64,000 nt of DNA from Lama guanicoe (taxonomy: Eukaryota), in contig MU054391.1 of assembly GCA_013239625.1 (NCBI GenBank), positions 6,345,824 through 6,409,823 of the forward strand, in the 5' to 3' direction. The translations under genes and the position numbers were made by a program. Of this stretch, positions 40,801 through 55,800 are shown piece after piece; the first letter of the stretch is position 1; every line of letters begins with the position of its first letter. The notes below the pieces were generated by a model, which ran no database searches, was not told the origin of the DNA, and saw only the letters and a list, made by a program, of their open reading frames with translations.

Positions 40801-43800
40801 AACTGCAACTTCACCTGGTTTTACTCATCTTTGTACTTGGCCCAGACCCCATTTTAGACCATTCAATTCTCTAGAACTAGAACCCTAGCAGCCTCACCTG
40901 CAATTAATTCCTGAACTCATCATGATTTGACTCACCTCCACTGTTACAATAAAATCTTCCCAACTGTCACAGATGAAAAGCTAATGACAAGGATCCAGAG
41001 TTTCTTATCGTTCTCCAGAGAGTACTGCGTAGTTAGAAAGAGCACGGGCTCCGGAATCAGGAACGGCTGGCTCTAACCAAGACTGCCACACGCCGGCTGC
41101 GAGGCCAGCCCTGGGCAAATAAGTCACTTTTCCCATCTCTTAAGATGTAAGAAAGATGGGTAGGGAGGGGAGGGGAGGAAAAGGAGAGGGGAGGGGAAGT
41201 GAGGGGAAGGGAANNNNNNNNNNNNNNNNNNNNNNNNNNNNNNNNNNNNNNNNNNNNNNNNNNNNNNNAGGGGAGGGGAGGGGAGGGGAGGGGAGGGAAA
41301 GATGTACTACTAACTATACAGGGTTATAAAAAGATGAAATGAAAAATTAAGATTACAGCATCCATCACTTAGACCATTAAATAACTGAGCTCTTTCCTTC
41401 CTGCCTCCACGTCCATGATACTCATACTCGCTGAGCAATACCCACAGAATCACTCCCATCTCAGCTTCTCTCTTTGACAACTGTTGGTTCCTGTACCTTC
41501 ACCCTGTCTACTCGTATGAAGCATCTTGGCTGGCTCTTCCTTCTCATCTCCCTCTGAGCGGGCTCAGGTCCTGCTCTCTTCTTGTTTCTCCACACTTTTC
41601 CCACCGCTAACCTCCTTCACTCCCTACAATAACCTTCACTTCTGCAATAACCTCTATTTACATGCCTTAAAACTTTGTGTCTGCAGACCTGCTTTTCTGG
41701 AGACCACCCTTTCCACTGTGCACTGGACGCGGCTCCCAGGGTAAAGCTGTGGGGCAGGGCAGGGATTCACAATCACTTGGGATGCCTTTTATAAATAACA
41801 CTCCCCCTGGACACTCTGAGTCAGTACAGCTGGTACGGGGCCAAGGAATCTGTACTTTTTAAAAAGCTCCCAGGTGAAGCTGGTGGGCAGCCAGGTTTAA
41901 GGCTCTCTGCCAGACCCTGCCACTGCCCCACTGCCTCCTCATATTCAAATGTTCCAAGAAAATATATTCTTTCTCTCCAAATTTGCTCTCTCCCCTGTGC
42001 TCCCAATCTCAGTTCAAAGTGTCACTTCCTACTCATTTTAGTTCAAGAGTGACCTGCCTTTTACACGGTGAGCAGAACTGCCTTCTGAAAGCACAGTCTG
42101 AGCGGGTCCTGACCACACACAGAGCCAAGCTGTTCAGTGGGCCGTTTCCAGACCTCGCAGCCTGTGCACCCACTGCGGCCCCCCACTCCTCCCAGAGCCG
42201 CCCTGGCACCGGCACACGAGGCTCCTCTGCTCCCTCAAATGAGCCCCATGTATGGCGCTGCATCCTGTTCCATCCTTCTCACACTGTTCCCTCACGTGGA
42301 CCACTCCCAACTCCACCGACTACATCTCACCTGGTGCTCCAAACCCAGGGCAAAGGCCTCCTCTACGCTCACCTCTCATGGCTTTGGCTGAACCCCCTCC
42401 CTCTCTCTCTCATGCATCTCAGTTCTGTGCGTACGAACATGATAGAGCTTTCCTTGCTTTGCCTTGTGTCCGTCTATCAAAATTATCCGTGCTCATCTGT
42501 ACTCAGAGTACAACTCTGCCTAAGAGTGGAAACTGTCCTCATTTTCTCTTATCCCCCCAAATTCTGTACAGACTTGCCTGGAAGGTATCGTTAAACCCTG
42601 AAACCTGCCATGTCATTTACTGAAAGCATACAACATAGAATACACCAAACCCATGGCTTCATACTACGCCTTGTGTATCATCAGGCAACTCCAGCCTTCT
42701 CCAAATCCCGAACGTCAACTTCCACTCACAATTACTAATCATGTAAAAGAGCTGGAGTGCACACCAGAATAGCACCTCACCTGCCACCGACCCACAGACT
42801 CTAACCAGCTCCTACTAATTGCTAGGCAGGCTGACGACTGAGTCACTGAGTGTCATTTTCTGAATCATCCACACCACTTCCTGTTCTTAATTTTTCAGGT
42901 AAATACAATATCCAAGAATTGTCCTAACCAAGCCAAAACCCATCTTGAGAAATAAAATGAGTTTAAGCCCCAGTAAAGTGTACTGCAGGTTTCTGTCACT
43001 GAACGGCCCGCTGCTATGCATGCATACCTGAGTTGGGGTAAAGGCAGACGTCATTAAGGTCATGTTCCGGCTCCAAGGAGGTAAATATTTTTCCCTAAAA
43101 CAGTAAGCGAAAAGGAATTATTAAAATAGTTAAAGGAAAAAAAGAAAACAGTTGAAGGAAGACAACTTTCAGCAATGTGATATACAGACAATAAACTGGA
43201 GGCATAACGCCACTACGTCCCGCTTATGGGAAAAAATAAAATTACCCAACTGAAATCATAGACTCTAAAAAGATTCTTAAGGGAATTCGTTGTATCAGTT
43301 TATTAAATTCTCTGTTTTAGAGACAAAGAAACTGAGGCTCAAGGGGGAAAGGTGACTTATCCAAAAAAAAATAAATACCAACTTTTAACGATAGTGTCTA
43401 CACAAGTGGAAAGGGTAAAGTTTAAAGTAAAGTTGTACATTAACTTAAAAAAATTCTCATAATCTGGAAAATACATTCTAGTTAAACTTGTCCTCAAAGA
43501 AACCAAAAAAGATGCTCAGCATGGTAAGATGAAGACCGTATCCACCATCCCTAGGTAGCGAGGATCTGAGGGAGCAAATAAGATAACGAACATAGAAAAC
43601 AAAGTCCTACAAATACAGGAAGTGTTAGTTGTTACACAGAGGAGGCTAACATATTTTTGCTTTAAATGTGGGGGGAAGTGGACTATATTTTTAAAAATTA
43701 AGAGAAGTTAAGTAAAATAAAAAAGAAGATGAGAAGATGGAAATGGAAAAAGGTGATGAGAAAGATAAACATGGGAAGGAAGTCAAGCAAAACCAAGTAA

Positions 43801-46800
43801 TCTGGGTGTTGGTCAGAAGGGCGTATTTAGTCATTACAACAACGCCAAAATGCAACTTACTGTGGCAACTACAACATGATTTCAAGAACTCATGCTGAAA
43901 ATGTCTGCCAGGTCTTGCACTTATTAGAGGCTCCTCATTATTAGAGGCTCCATGGTAAAGGAGGGGAATAGTTAAAAAAACGAATTTCATGCTCAATGAA
44001 AAACAGCAGCCAGATTCTAATTCACAACAAACACTGCAACTCACACAGCTACCTCCTTCTCAACTCAAGTTCTCATTGAAACAAAAAATGGAAGAGGGAA
44101 AAGAAAGGAAGGGGAAAAGGAAATAATAATAACAGCATGGAAGAAAAAAGTAAAGGTGCCACAGTTCAGAGAAATCCACGTTATGGAAAACTACGCAGCA
44201 GGTAGAGGGCTTGGGAGGATACATCCACACTAATAAGTCACGACCTCTGGGCAGGATGGAAGCCAGGTCAAGGACAACTTCTACTTTATCAGTATGTTAT
44301 GAACTTTCAAAAACAAAATGTCTTTGTAGTATTACAAAAAATAGTTTTAAATTACATTAGTTCGGATTATCAGAAAACAGCTGAGAAAATTTGAGCCTAA
44401 GACACATGAATCTTCTTAAGAAAGCCCTCAGAACCCTCCCAGCTCAAAGGAGCAAAGTCAGTTCCTGGGCGACTGATCATCAGGGTAATTCTTCCAAGAA
44501 CTGAGGAAAGGTGAGAGCCCTCCCTCTGCTCCCTAACACAAACTGTCACAGGAGCTATGAAGGAAACAGGGCTTGAGAGACAGCACACACCCCAAGGACA
44601 ACTCTGAATCTCCACAACAGATCCAGAGGGAAAAGGATAGGGCGTGAAGTAAGGGTAATACTTAGAGAGTTAACAAAATGAAAATTAAAAACAAAAGTAA
44701 TGGTCCAAAGGTCTTGTGGTAGCTCACAGCAAAAAAGAAAAGTGACAATGAATATATGTATGTTCACGTATAACTGAAAAATTATGCTCTACACTGGAAT
44801 TTGAATCAGCACTGTAAAATGACTAAAACTCAACAAAAATGTTAAAAAAAAAAAAAAAGTATGGTGACCAAGCAGCCAGGGATTCTGATCAGCGGTTGAC
44901 CCATGACGGGGCTGTCGCCAGCATCTCCACCCTGAGCACAGGAGCCTACACTCTACCCACCCCCAACCCCAGGGAAGACTGACGCTCGCCCTCTGGTGAC
45001 CAGTGCTGAGGCTGCTGGACGCCCCACCCACTTCATCTCAAAAGTGAATATTAAAAAGTGACACTTTTTGACTAAGGATGCTAAGTTTGTAATCAACAAA
45101 TGAAAAAGGAAAAGCAGAGGCAGATTAAGTCAGCAGCACAGGGTTTTGTTACTTTTTTCAAGGACACTTCATAAGGGGAGAGAATATCAATTACTCTTAA
45201 AAAATATTGTTTTTAAGAAAAACACTAAATTATTGTAAAGGTATCATATCTAAAATCCAATTGTTTGCAATGGGGAAAGGGTGTGAAATTGAGGTGTATA
45301 ATAATACTGATATGGAAACAGCAGTGGCTTATAAAACTTTCCTAAGGTTGTAAGAAAGCCTCAAGGTCTAGGGGTTTCTTACAGATCAATTTTTTAAACA
45401 ATGATTTACTTTCTTACTTAACTGAACATGTCAAAGTGAATGTCAGTTTTAGCAAATCAGGAAAATGTCTTAACAGGAAGAAAACAATCTTGACTACTTT
45501 GAATATGAGTATTATCTATCCTGAAGTACCTAACTTCCAACTAAGTTCCCAAATGGATACCCAGTATTTCTTTCTCAAGAACCCACATAACTCAAAACAG
45601 GCAACAGAAAGAAAAGAAACATTAGGCAGATAAACAAGTTTTTTCTGTAGAGCAGAGGGGACTCTAATATCTTGCAGTAACCTAGAATAAAAAGAATATG
45701 AAAACAAATATATGCATGTACATGGGTGACTGAAACTTTATGATGTACACCAGAAATTGACACATTGTAAACTGACTATTCTTCAATTAAAAAAAAAGAA
45801 AAAAAATTAGGAAAATATGCAAATAAGTAATTTTAACAACAACAAAAAATACATACTGAGTTCTTATTCCACATTTTGACAATTCTGGAGTCAGCAGACA
45901 AAATCAAATCTAAGGAATCCTGGAAATGAATTGACTTAATGGGCAGCCCATACTGGTGGTCCTTAACTAGCAATGGCTTATCAGACCGAAGATCATACAA
46001 TAAAACCTAAAGGGGGAAAAAAAGAGTTATTTCTGTTTAAGCAAACTAAATATTTTATCTTAAAAAGAAACTTTTAAAACTTAGAATAATGGCTGCTATA
46101 TGTTTCATTACCTTTTTATCAAAACAATGAACACCTTTACTCAGGGAACAAAAATTCTAAAGTCAAACAGCAAAAATACTCCAGAAAAATCTCTTAAATT
46201 ACCCTCACAATACATGGTTTTATGAATTCAACCCCAGAGTAATTTCTAGGCACACTAAGATTGAGAACTACTTAGATACACTAAGACAGGAACCAAAAGG
46301 GAAAGTCCACAAGAATTTATATCATTTGTGAATTCAACAAACATATACCCTGAGGGCCTCCTATGTACCAGGCACTGTCACAGCTACTGACAGAACCAAG
46401 AATGAAGGTAGTCCTGGCAGATTCAAGACAGATGGTGGAGGCAAGGCTCTGACTTTGGGGGGAGGGGGTGGTCTCTTCCGAGCCCTGTTACGACAGGCAA
46501 GGGGCCTGGTGAAGCTGGAACTTAGTCCCAGGTGACAGATCCTCTCTAGACCCTGATGACAGAGGTAGCAACTCTACTGGAAGCAGGGCTCACACCTGTG
46601 CTGAGGTCAGAACAAACTTACAAGTGCGTGGGCTCTGCCGTGAAGGGGAGGGAAAAGGTGAAATTAAATCTCTGAAGCTATTTCATTTGACTCCTTAGAT
46701 GCTGAAGATGCAAATGCCGAGGTATGGTCCACTGACCGCTCACTGTATAGGATGTGCTGAATAGTGAGTAGTAGGTGAAAACAAAGGTCCCTTTGATAAA

Positions 46801-49800
46801 TAAGTTTCGGAAATACTTATTGAACACATTTCCTGTCTACAGGAATTCTCAGAGCCTTCAATATATATTTAAATGCACTGTAAATCTCGAAGGACAGGAA
46901 TCTGACAGAATTCCAAACTTGTTTGACCATAGAACTCTCTCTGTTCCACACACTCTAGGAAACTTTGTTCCAGACCACACTCAAGAGAACATTTGAGGCA
47001 TATGCCACTGCAGCTCCAGCTTGAGAGCCTCTCAGATCAACCATCAGGCCAGAACCAGATTTCTCAAGGTACTGAAAGAACACAGCATTCTGAAGTACCC
47101 GCTCTACTCCAGCCAAAACAGTAACGCCTCATTTTCTGTTTCCACAGTGAACAGGTATGTGGATGCTTCCCATGATACATACACGCCTCTGAAATAGTAA
47201 CTTAAGTGTGAAGTTTCCAACTTAAACATATTTACCTGCCCCGTGGATGTTCCAACCGCCATGGTCAAGGCACCGTTAAACTTCAAAGCAGAGATCGTTG
47301 GTAAACTGTTGATCCTGAAAACCAAAATATTTGTGTTCCATGCATATATGGCCAAACCTCCTTCCAAGTAACAAATTCGTTATTACTATTTAGTTATAAT
47401 GGGGAAAATCACATTTCTAGTCTTCTATTTGAAAGGTAATTGTATCCGAAATTTCTTAAAATAAAAAATAACCATTACTTATAAATATAAACTACCTTTA
47501 AAATCTGTATATGATCGTCTTTAAAAACTGTAAGAAGTATTCTCAAAGTAGCTACAAATAAAAAAAAAGTTCTGAAAATATAAAACCAATGGGAAAGAAT
47601 CACTATGACAATATCTTTCATTGTGATTTAAGCCAGGATAAGGTATTTACAGAAACATCTCCTTTTTTGCTTAAGAGGAAATAATTTTATGTTCAGGCAT
47701 GGGTATATCCATTTTCATTTCTAAAGTCAGCTATGTCAAGCTGAAATAAAAACTAGTCCCCAAATGGGGAGCTAGAACCTCTAAACGTAACAAAATGATG
47801 GATGTTCATGGCTATGTATTTGGAATATGCTTCTGACTCAGTAACCAAGAGTATCAGCACCAAAAGCAATGCTCTGCAGTGGACAGGGTCCTGCATGACA
47901 AGTCAGAAGTGGACAACAGTCCTGATTTCATACTAGTAAAATGACACTTCCCTGACTATCAAGACCCCAGAGAAAAGGCATTCCTGAGCTGATTACAGCA
48001 ACTAATCCTATGCCAAGGACCCGACAAGAGAGTGATAAATCCGTATTTGTACTAATATGAGCATATAAAAATATCTGAAAACATATGTACCACAGGTGCA
48101 AGAGTTACTATACTCTGGTGAGTGGAGAAAGGAGAGGCGCTTATACGTCTTACTTAATTCAAGCATCTAGACGTTTTCATCCCTCAAGTGTGAATTACTT
48201 TTCCAGTTGTTTTAAACGTAGATATCAGCAAACAGGAACAAAAAAAAAATCAAAAAAACATTGCTTCCCTCCACCTCAAAATTCAAAGCACGTATTTCTG
48301 CCTGTTAACTGGAGTGGTGGACTTCTGGTTCCATCACCAGATCCTACAGAATTGGAAATAAAAGTTCCTGCAGTGTGTTTGTTTTAACAAAATGACACGG
48401 CAACTAAATAAATAAGGCATTCTACATAGTACTTCAGAAAGGAATCCCAACTGGCTTAGCCACTTAGTGAGCTTTTACAGGAAAGGATTTTTACATAAAA
48501 CAATCACAAAATCACAATCTCAGATAGATATGTCTTGAGAGTCTCATTCTTCAGCAACTGATTTTAGTTTAGTAGTGAGACATTTGTTTAAATCAGAAGC
48601 TGACGAATATTTGAACTGCAAATTCAATTCTACTTACTCTGAATCAGCTGTGACGCTACTTAACGCGCAGTCTAGCAGGCCAACTCTACCACGCGTTCTC
48701 GGGTCCCAGCACTCTACTCGACCCTAAATTAAAAAACCCAGTAATTTTAAATAATAGCTGCTACTAGAAAAATTTTTTAACAAATAACAACAACAAAAAA
48801 AGCCTTATTAACACTGATTATCTCCTGGGGAATAAGAATTTAACTTTTTACGTATACCCTTTTTTAGAACTGCTGAACGTTTCATCATGAGTTGCATTTC
48901 TTTTATAATTAATAGAAAAAAGAAAAAAAGAACAGCTAAGAAAAAACAGCTAAAATGTGATGGACCACCCCTGACTGGACCTTGATTTGGCTGGTGGGGT
49001 GGAATAGGGAGGAGTTATGAAAGATATTTTGATATAAATGGGAAAATTTAAATAAGCAAGTATTACTGTATCAATATTAAATATTTAATATATGTATTAC
49101 AATAACTGTCACAGAAGAAATCAAAACCCAACATATAAAATAAAAATTAATTAAAAATGAAGTTTTAAAGTCTGGTCTGACAATGCATACCAAATTTCAA
49201 GCCCCTAATAATCAAGGAATTTCAGGAACCCAGCCTTTGGGCTGGGGGGTCTGCCCCCGACTGACATGTCTCAGGGCTGGTCTTAAAACAGCTGGTGAAA
49301 GAGCAGCCTTTTCAAACCGAACTTTTCTTACAGAGCATGTTTCCTGGTATACAGCCCAGCTTGCTCTGTTAGGGACTCTATTCAATAAAAAAACTATTTT
49401 TTTTCAAGAAAATTATTTTAAAATTTCTCCTTGGTAATCCCAAGAGAAGTAATTAGCAAGATAATGTTTCAATGGCCTGACTTGGGCATGACAGTATTAT
49501 AACACAGTCAACGTGGTTTATGCATTTCCATCAAATCAACCTCATGTCCCATTTCAAATCTTACTCTTTCCAAATAAAAATAATCTGAATAAAGAAAACC
49601 TAAACTTCCTCCCTATGGACTAGTTTAATAAACTGCAGTACATTCAAACAATGGGATCCTATCCATCAGTTTAAAAAAATAAGTTTAACTTTGTAGTGAT
49701 TAGAAGTACCAATGTATACAGATGTACATTATATGCCATTCTATTTTTTCAAATAAAGCAAAAGAAGAACCACGGTATAATATAATTTTAATTTTGTGAA

Positions 49801-52800
49801 AAGCTTTTAAAAAAACATATCATTAACACATACGCATACCTGCACAGACAAACAAGAAAGAGAGAACACTGCAAGCCATTCAAGAGTTCCCTCTGGCTGT
49901 AGGATTAGGTGACCGGAAGGCACTTAGGGAACTTTTTTAATTATTCTTTTTTTTTTTTTGACACATTTATCCTTTGTTTTCTACCATGAGTATTTAACAG
50001 TGTTGTAATTAAAACATGCAAATCTAGAAAAACTGTTGACAAGTATGAAGGACACTGGTTCAAAGGTACTGCAGTTTAAAAGGAAAATGCGTATTTACTG
50101 AATGCTCCTATACGGGACGCGCAGAACACGACCCTATACATCTCTACAGTTGGTCATGTTTTCATGCAGGTTGTTTCATGGGACCCTCACCCGCACCTCT
50201 ATAAAGTTGGCAAGCTAAGTGTTACTATCTCCATTTCACCAGTGAGAGAAATAAGCCTCAGGGAAAGTAATTCAGTCATAAATTAATAAGCAGCAGGGAG
50301 CTGGGACTCCACAACATACTGGCCAAGGATGAACGAGGGTGGCTGTCACACTACCCCCGGGAGCAGGCAATCCAGCAGCGACTTCGCACCCAGCTCCCGA
50401 TGGTCAGCGCCAAAGCAGGCCGAACCGGAGCGTAAGGGGCACAGCCTGCAGTGGCGAACAGCCGCCTCTCCGTGGGACCACATGGAAAGCAAACCAGAGA
50501 CTTGTTGCTTCATCAGCACCCTGCTCCTGGGAACCAAGCAACCCTGTCTTTAAATAAAACTGCACTGGTTATCAGATGTAGAGCAAATATTAAAAAAAAA
50601 AAAGTCAATGTATGCTTACCTCTATTGTTCCCGTGGCAAATAAGCCATGCACTGAATTTATGTCACAAACATTATTCTCCCTACAATAGTAAAGCAAGGA
50701 GGGAGAGGATCAGCACCTACTTTAGGGGGAGGGGTACTCAGTAAACTTTCTAAAGAAACGGTCAACCCAGTTCTGTGGAGAAAGACATGCAGATTCCTTC
50801 TCACTCATCAGCCTATGAAAAACATCGAGGCATCAAAGGGTTAAGTGCCTGGTACACAGTCACAGGAGCTTCAGGCCTGCAGGGTAACACTCTATCTGTC
50901 GGGGGATGAGACAAGGAAGGACTTTCTTCAGAAATACTATTCCACCACCATGAGAATAAACTTCTCAATATATTTTCTCCCAAGACAAAGAGAGCACAGG
51001 CTGTCACTACACCAGTCCTGAGACGTGACCAGCTTGAGGGGAGTACACTGACCTAAGCTCATTTTCTTTTTCTGCAGACTGGTATTTTACCAATCTCATA
51101 TGGTCATTGTGAGGATTAAACGGAAAAACGACAAAATGTTCAGCACAGCATCTAAAGTTTACAAGACAATAAATAAAAGCTGTTACTATAAACAGGAAAT
51201 TCTGCAGCTAAAGAGCAGCTAACTTTTTATTATTCAATGATGCATCATGAAGTTACTGTCATTTTTTTTAAAGAAAATGACAGTATTTCAAGCCAACGTG
51301 AAAAAACAAACAAACAATAAAAAACCAAGACTTTACCTCATTTTTATCACTACCTATTCCTCCAATCTTTAAAAATCCCTTTCAAAGCAGCAAGGAAAAA
51401 CCAACAAGCTCTTCAAATACACAGATGAGAAATAACCCAGCTTCCACTCTATATAAGCTGTGTGACCTTGAACAAGCTACTCACCCTCTCTGGGCCTCAG
51501 CTGTCCTATCTGTAAGATGGAGATAATAATAGTACCAACTGTAACTTGTTCTAAGATTAAAATGAGCTAATATATATAAAATACTGAATACTGCCTGCCA
51601 CATAGTAAGTGCTTTCAACAACCACTGCTCTTGTTGCTATTACTCAGCAATAATATTATGACAGAGCCATTCCTGAAGGATTTCTCTGAATAAAACTAAA
51701 GTATAGACTATTACATATGATAAAAGGAAAACCCGAAAAAACCTTAAATGTCCACTAGCAAAAATATAAAAAATTAAAAGATGGTACTTTAAGTTAATTC
51801 AAAATTTCTCCACTAAAGAAAATATCATAAAACTAAATTACGAATGAAAATTTAAAGACTGCAAAAAAATAGTAACAAGTTAAATTTTGGGGGTGAGTTT
51901 AAAATTTTTCACAGATACTAAAAAAAAACTTGTTTTAAATTTTAAGACATCACCAGGTCTTTCAGTGAATTTTTTGTATAAGAAAAAATTCAGTGTTACT
52001 CTTTTACCTAAGTTGCCCAGAGCTCTGCTGAAATGCACATTATCTGACAACAGCTTGGGCATCTGGCTCCATCTACTGGCCAAAATAAACACAGCAGTTT
52101 TCTTAAAACAAAATACTTACGCAGCATCAGTTTGCAGAGGATTCAGGTACCGTCCTTGCTCCAAGTTTAACCTATAAACTTCAGAGCTGCAAAACAATTA
52201 ATAAAGTTAAAAATCCAGTAAATGACAATGAACTTTTCTTCAACTAAATATAATTTTTCAAAATATGTGTCTGTCATAAAGCATCACTTCCCTTTGTAAA
52301 ACTGGTAACAAGAATGTATTCTAAACCTAAAATTCAATTATCTCGTTTATGAGTCTATTCATGCATAAAAGTGATTTAAACCACCCACATGTCAAGGAAA
52401 TATTATGAAGTAATTAAGTAGAATAGTATTTACAAACAACACAGAAAATACAGGATCCAAAATGTATCTATACGTGTATGTAAGAAAAGACTATAAGGAA
52501 ATAACAAAATATTAACAAGGGTTTCCTCTGGGTGGCATAATCATGGGTAATTCTTTTCTTCTTTATACTTTACTTTTTCCCAATTTTCTAAAATGGGTAT
52601 GTAGTATTTTTATAAAGAAGGCAGCATTTAAGAATAAAAAGTTTTAAAATGCATGCAATGAGGCTAAGATACTGACTTCACACCATCATTACCCTATTAG
52701 GTTACCCACGTCTCTCCAGATTTATACTACCACGCTATTATAAATCAATGATGTAATTCCTAAATGAGCCAATCACTTTGAACAACATCCTTTGAGCAAC

Positions 52801-55800
52801 CAAAAGGCAGGGATAATAATGTCTGACTCTTCTCTTAATCCCTCTCCTCTATTTTAAGAACAGAAGTTGCTTGGGGAAGTTGAAAGGAAAAAACAAGGGG
52901 TGATTAGACCAATACCTTGCGCCAACAAAGTACAAGTCACAGGATGGATAATGGTAAGAGAAATCTCTCCCGAACTTTGGTATTCTGGTTTTATAGTAGA
53001 AACCTGATTGTGAATGAAATTCAATGTATCTGTCATTATGTAAGAACACAATCTGAAAATGAAAAAAGAAAAGTTTGTTTGCTTAGGATTCTAGGTAAAG
53101 TGTTCATTTCATCATCATCATCATCATTATCATCATTACAATTGGCAAAGCAAGAATTCTGTTCTCTCACCCTCCTTCTTTCTCTGTATAAACACACATG
53201 TGGATACATACAACTCACCGTCATGATTAAGGGATGTGTTTAAGAATCAAACCTCTCCATTATTTACTTAATACCTTCCTGCATTCTAGGTAGTTTTTTT
53301 TTGTTTTTTTTTTTTGCAAGTCTTACCTTCTAACCGAAAAGACTTAGAACAAATGCCCTTCATTTGTCTGGCACAAGCACTTTATAATGCAGGGCACTGC
53401 TCAGAAACTTCAGCGAGTAATTTTCTATTTACTTAAGAGCACATTTTAATAATCTCACAATTATTACACAAGGTTTGATAAACACTTTGTATAAATTTGA
53501 TTTTAATGTATTACAAAGGTATCTGAAAATCTGCAGATGGTATTTAAAAGCAAAGTTATCAATATCTAGAGAAAATATATAATAAAATTACACGTCCCAA
53601 AACAGATGATAAACGGCTACAATAGGCAGAAGGATAAACTGTACTCCATAGCTTCCAGAATTGAAGACGATACATAAAGCACGTCAGCTCTGAAAATTCA
53701 GTTCTCTTTCAAGATGACGTATGACATCACTAAAAATTTTTCATTTTAAACTGGATAAGACACTTGACAATCCTGTAACTGTTGAAAATTACCACAGGAG
53801 TTGAAAGATACACTAAAGGCACCAAAACAGAAAGAAAAGAAAATGTATATATATTAGCTGTGTCTCGAACTGTTTCACAATATGCCACAACCACTTATTT
53901 GCAGGGTTAAGAAAATTAAGCATACAACACTTTATTTTTCTTTTCACATATGAATAAGAAAATGAAAGCATCCTGGCAAATAACCCTAGTTTAAATGCAA
54001 TCGTGAAAATCACACATCTAGAATGTAAGATGGTCTAAAAAGATGACTGCTACCAATTCTTAAAAATACAGTTAAGGCTTCATTCATACATGCTATGGAA
54101 AATTTATTTTGATATTAAACTGGCCAAAGGCTGTACCTATCACTATTATCACAAACATATGACAAACTAAAAACATATTCATAAAATAAATGATAGGTTT
54201 TATTTCACTATACAGTCATTTTTAACAATGGGATCATCATAAAAATAAATTCCACTCATTCATTTCTTGAGCATATGGCAGTACAAACCAATGTGATAAA
54301 GCATACCTTTGAATAGTCATCGGACAAAGTTTCAAAGGTGACAACTGTAAAATAAGAAACAGTAAGAAAAAATACAATTATCAATTCATGTTTTTAATAA
54401 AAATACAGACTTGAAGCAAAGATTCTAATTCAACACAAATACTATGTACAAATACTGGCTTTTTCTTTCTTTTTCGTCCCTACATAAAACAAGAAAAAAT
54501 TGCCATATGATATTGTCCCCAAAACACCAAACGGAAAATTGAAAGTTTTATAATTTCTTAATACAGATCAATTATAGTTTCTGCAGAACTGAAGCAAATA
54601 ACAGATAAATTCAAAAAACATGACTTCTAAATTCTGCTACAGTTCTTCCGAGATGTTCAAAGTAAAATAGCAGATATTAAAAACACAGAAATTATTGCTT
54701 TAAAAAAAGATAAACAGTTACTAATTCATAACATACATGCTAAACAAAAGTAAAGACTGCAAAAAGTTACAATTAGCGGCACATGGAGCCTGTACTGATT
54801 TTAGAAAGAGAGAAACAAGTTAGGAGGACACGTATCCCATTAACTTCTTCCCTCCGTCTCAAACGACGTGAGGCCACCTGAAAGTACCTGAGCCTTCCCC
54901 TTTCAACCTGCTCCCTGTGCCAGGCACAATTCTAAGAATGACTCCCACTGACCTTCCCCTCTTGTACAGTCCCCTCCTCTGGAGAGTGTGGGTGGACCCG
55001 GTGAATGTGATGAGACACCACTCCTGTGATTACATCACATTATACAGCAAAGGAGAGATTTATAATCACATGAGCCTTTTAAAAGCAGTTTTCTCTGGCT
55101 GGTGGGAGAAGGGAAAATCCGAGAGATTCAGAGCACAGGAAGGATCCCGTAAGCTGTGCTGGCTTGAAGGAGGAGGGCACCAGGTAAGGAGGAAGGCAGG
55201 TAGCCTCTAAAGCTGGGTGGTCCCAGGCTGACAGTCAGCAGCAAACTGGACCCTAGTCTGACAACCACAACAAACTCTGCATTCTGCCAACAACCTGAAT
55301 TTGAAAAAAGAACCTGCCCAGGGGCCCTAGAAGAGTTCCAACTGGCTGACACCTCGAGTTCAGCCCTGAGCACAGAATGCAGCAGAGCCTGGGTGGACTT
55401 CACGTACAGAGCTATGAGTTAATCAATGGATTTTTTTAGCCTGAGCATTATGGTAATTTGTTACACATCAAAGAAAACTAATACACAACCTATTCACATT
55501 TTAAAAAGCAGAGAAGCAATCAAATATAAAAACTATTTTCATGAATTCGAATTTAACCTCTTACCTTCTGAATCTAAACACCTTTCAAACTTCAAGGATA
55601 GTTGATAGGTGTCATAACATCGAACCCGAGGTTTATATGTTCCTGTAAAAAAAAGTTATGTGATGTAAAACCTAAAGAACATACTTCCCGCTATCAACAC
55701 CCTGCAGATATGCTGAGTATACTTTTTGTTTAGAGGTGAGCAGGATTCATTATACGCATATTGAACAAAAAGAATTTAAAAGAAGCCCTCCTCAGAGGTT

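Noticed and set aside
41983..42594. 203-aa ORF as a novel gene
   Set aside because: Starts at TTG, has no recognisable domain, and overlaps L2-like relic sequence antisense to a NOL10 intron
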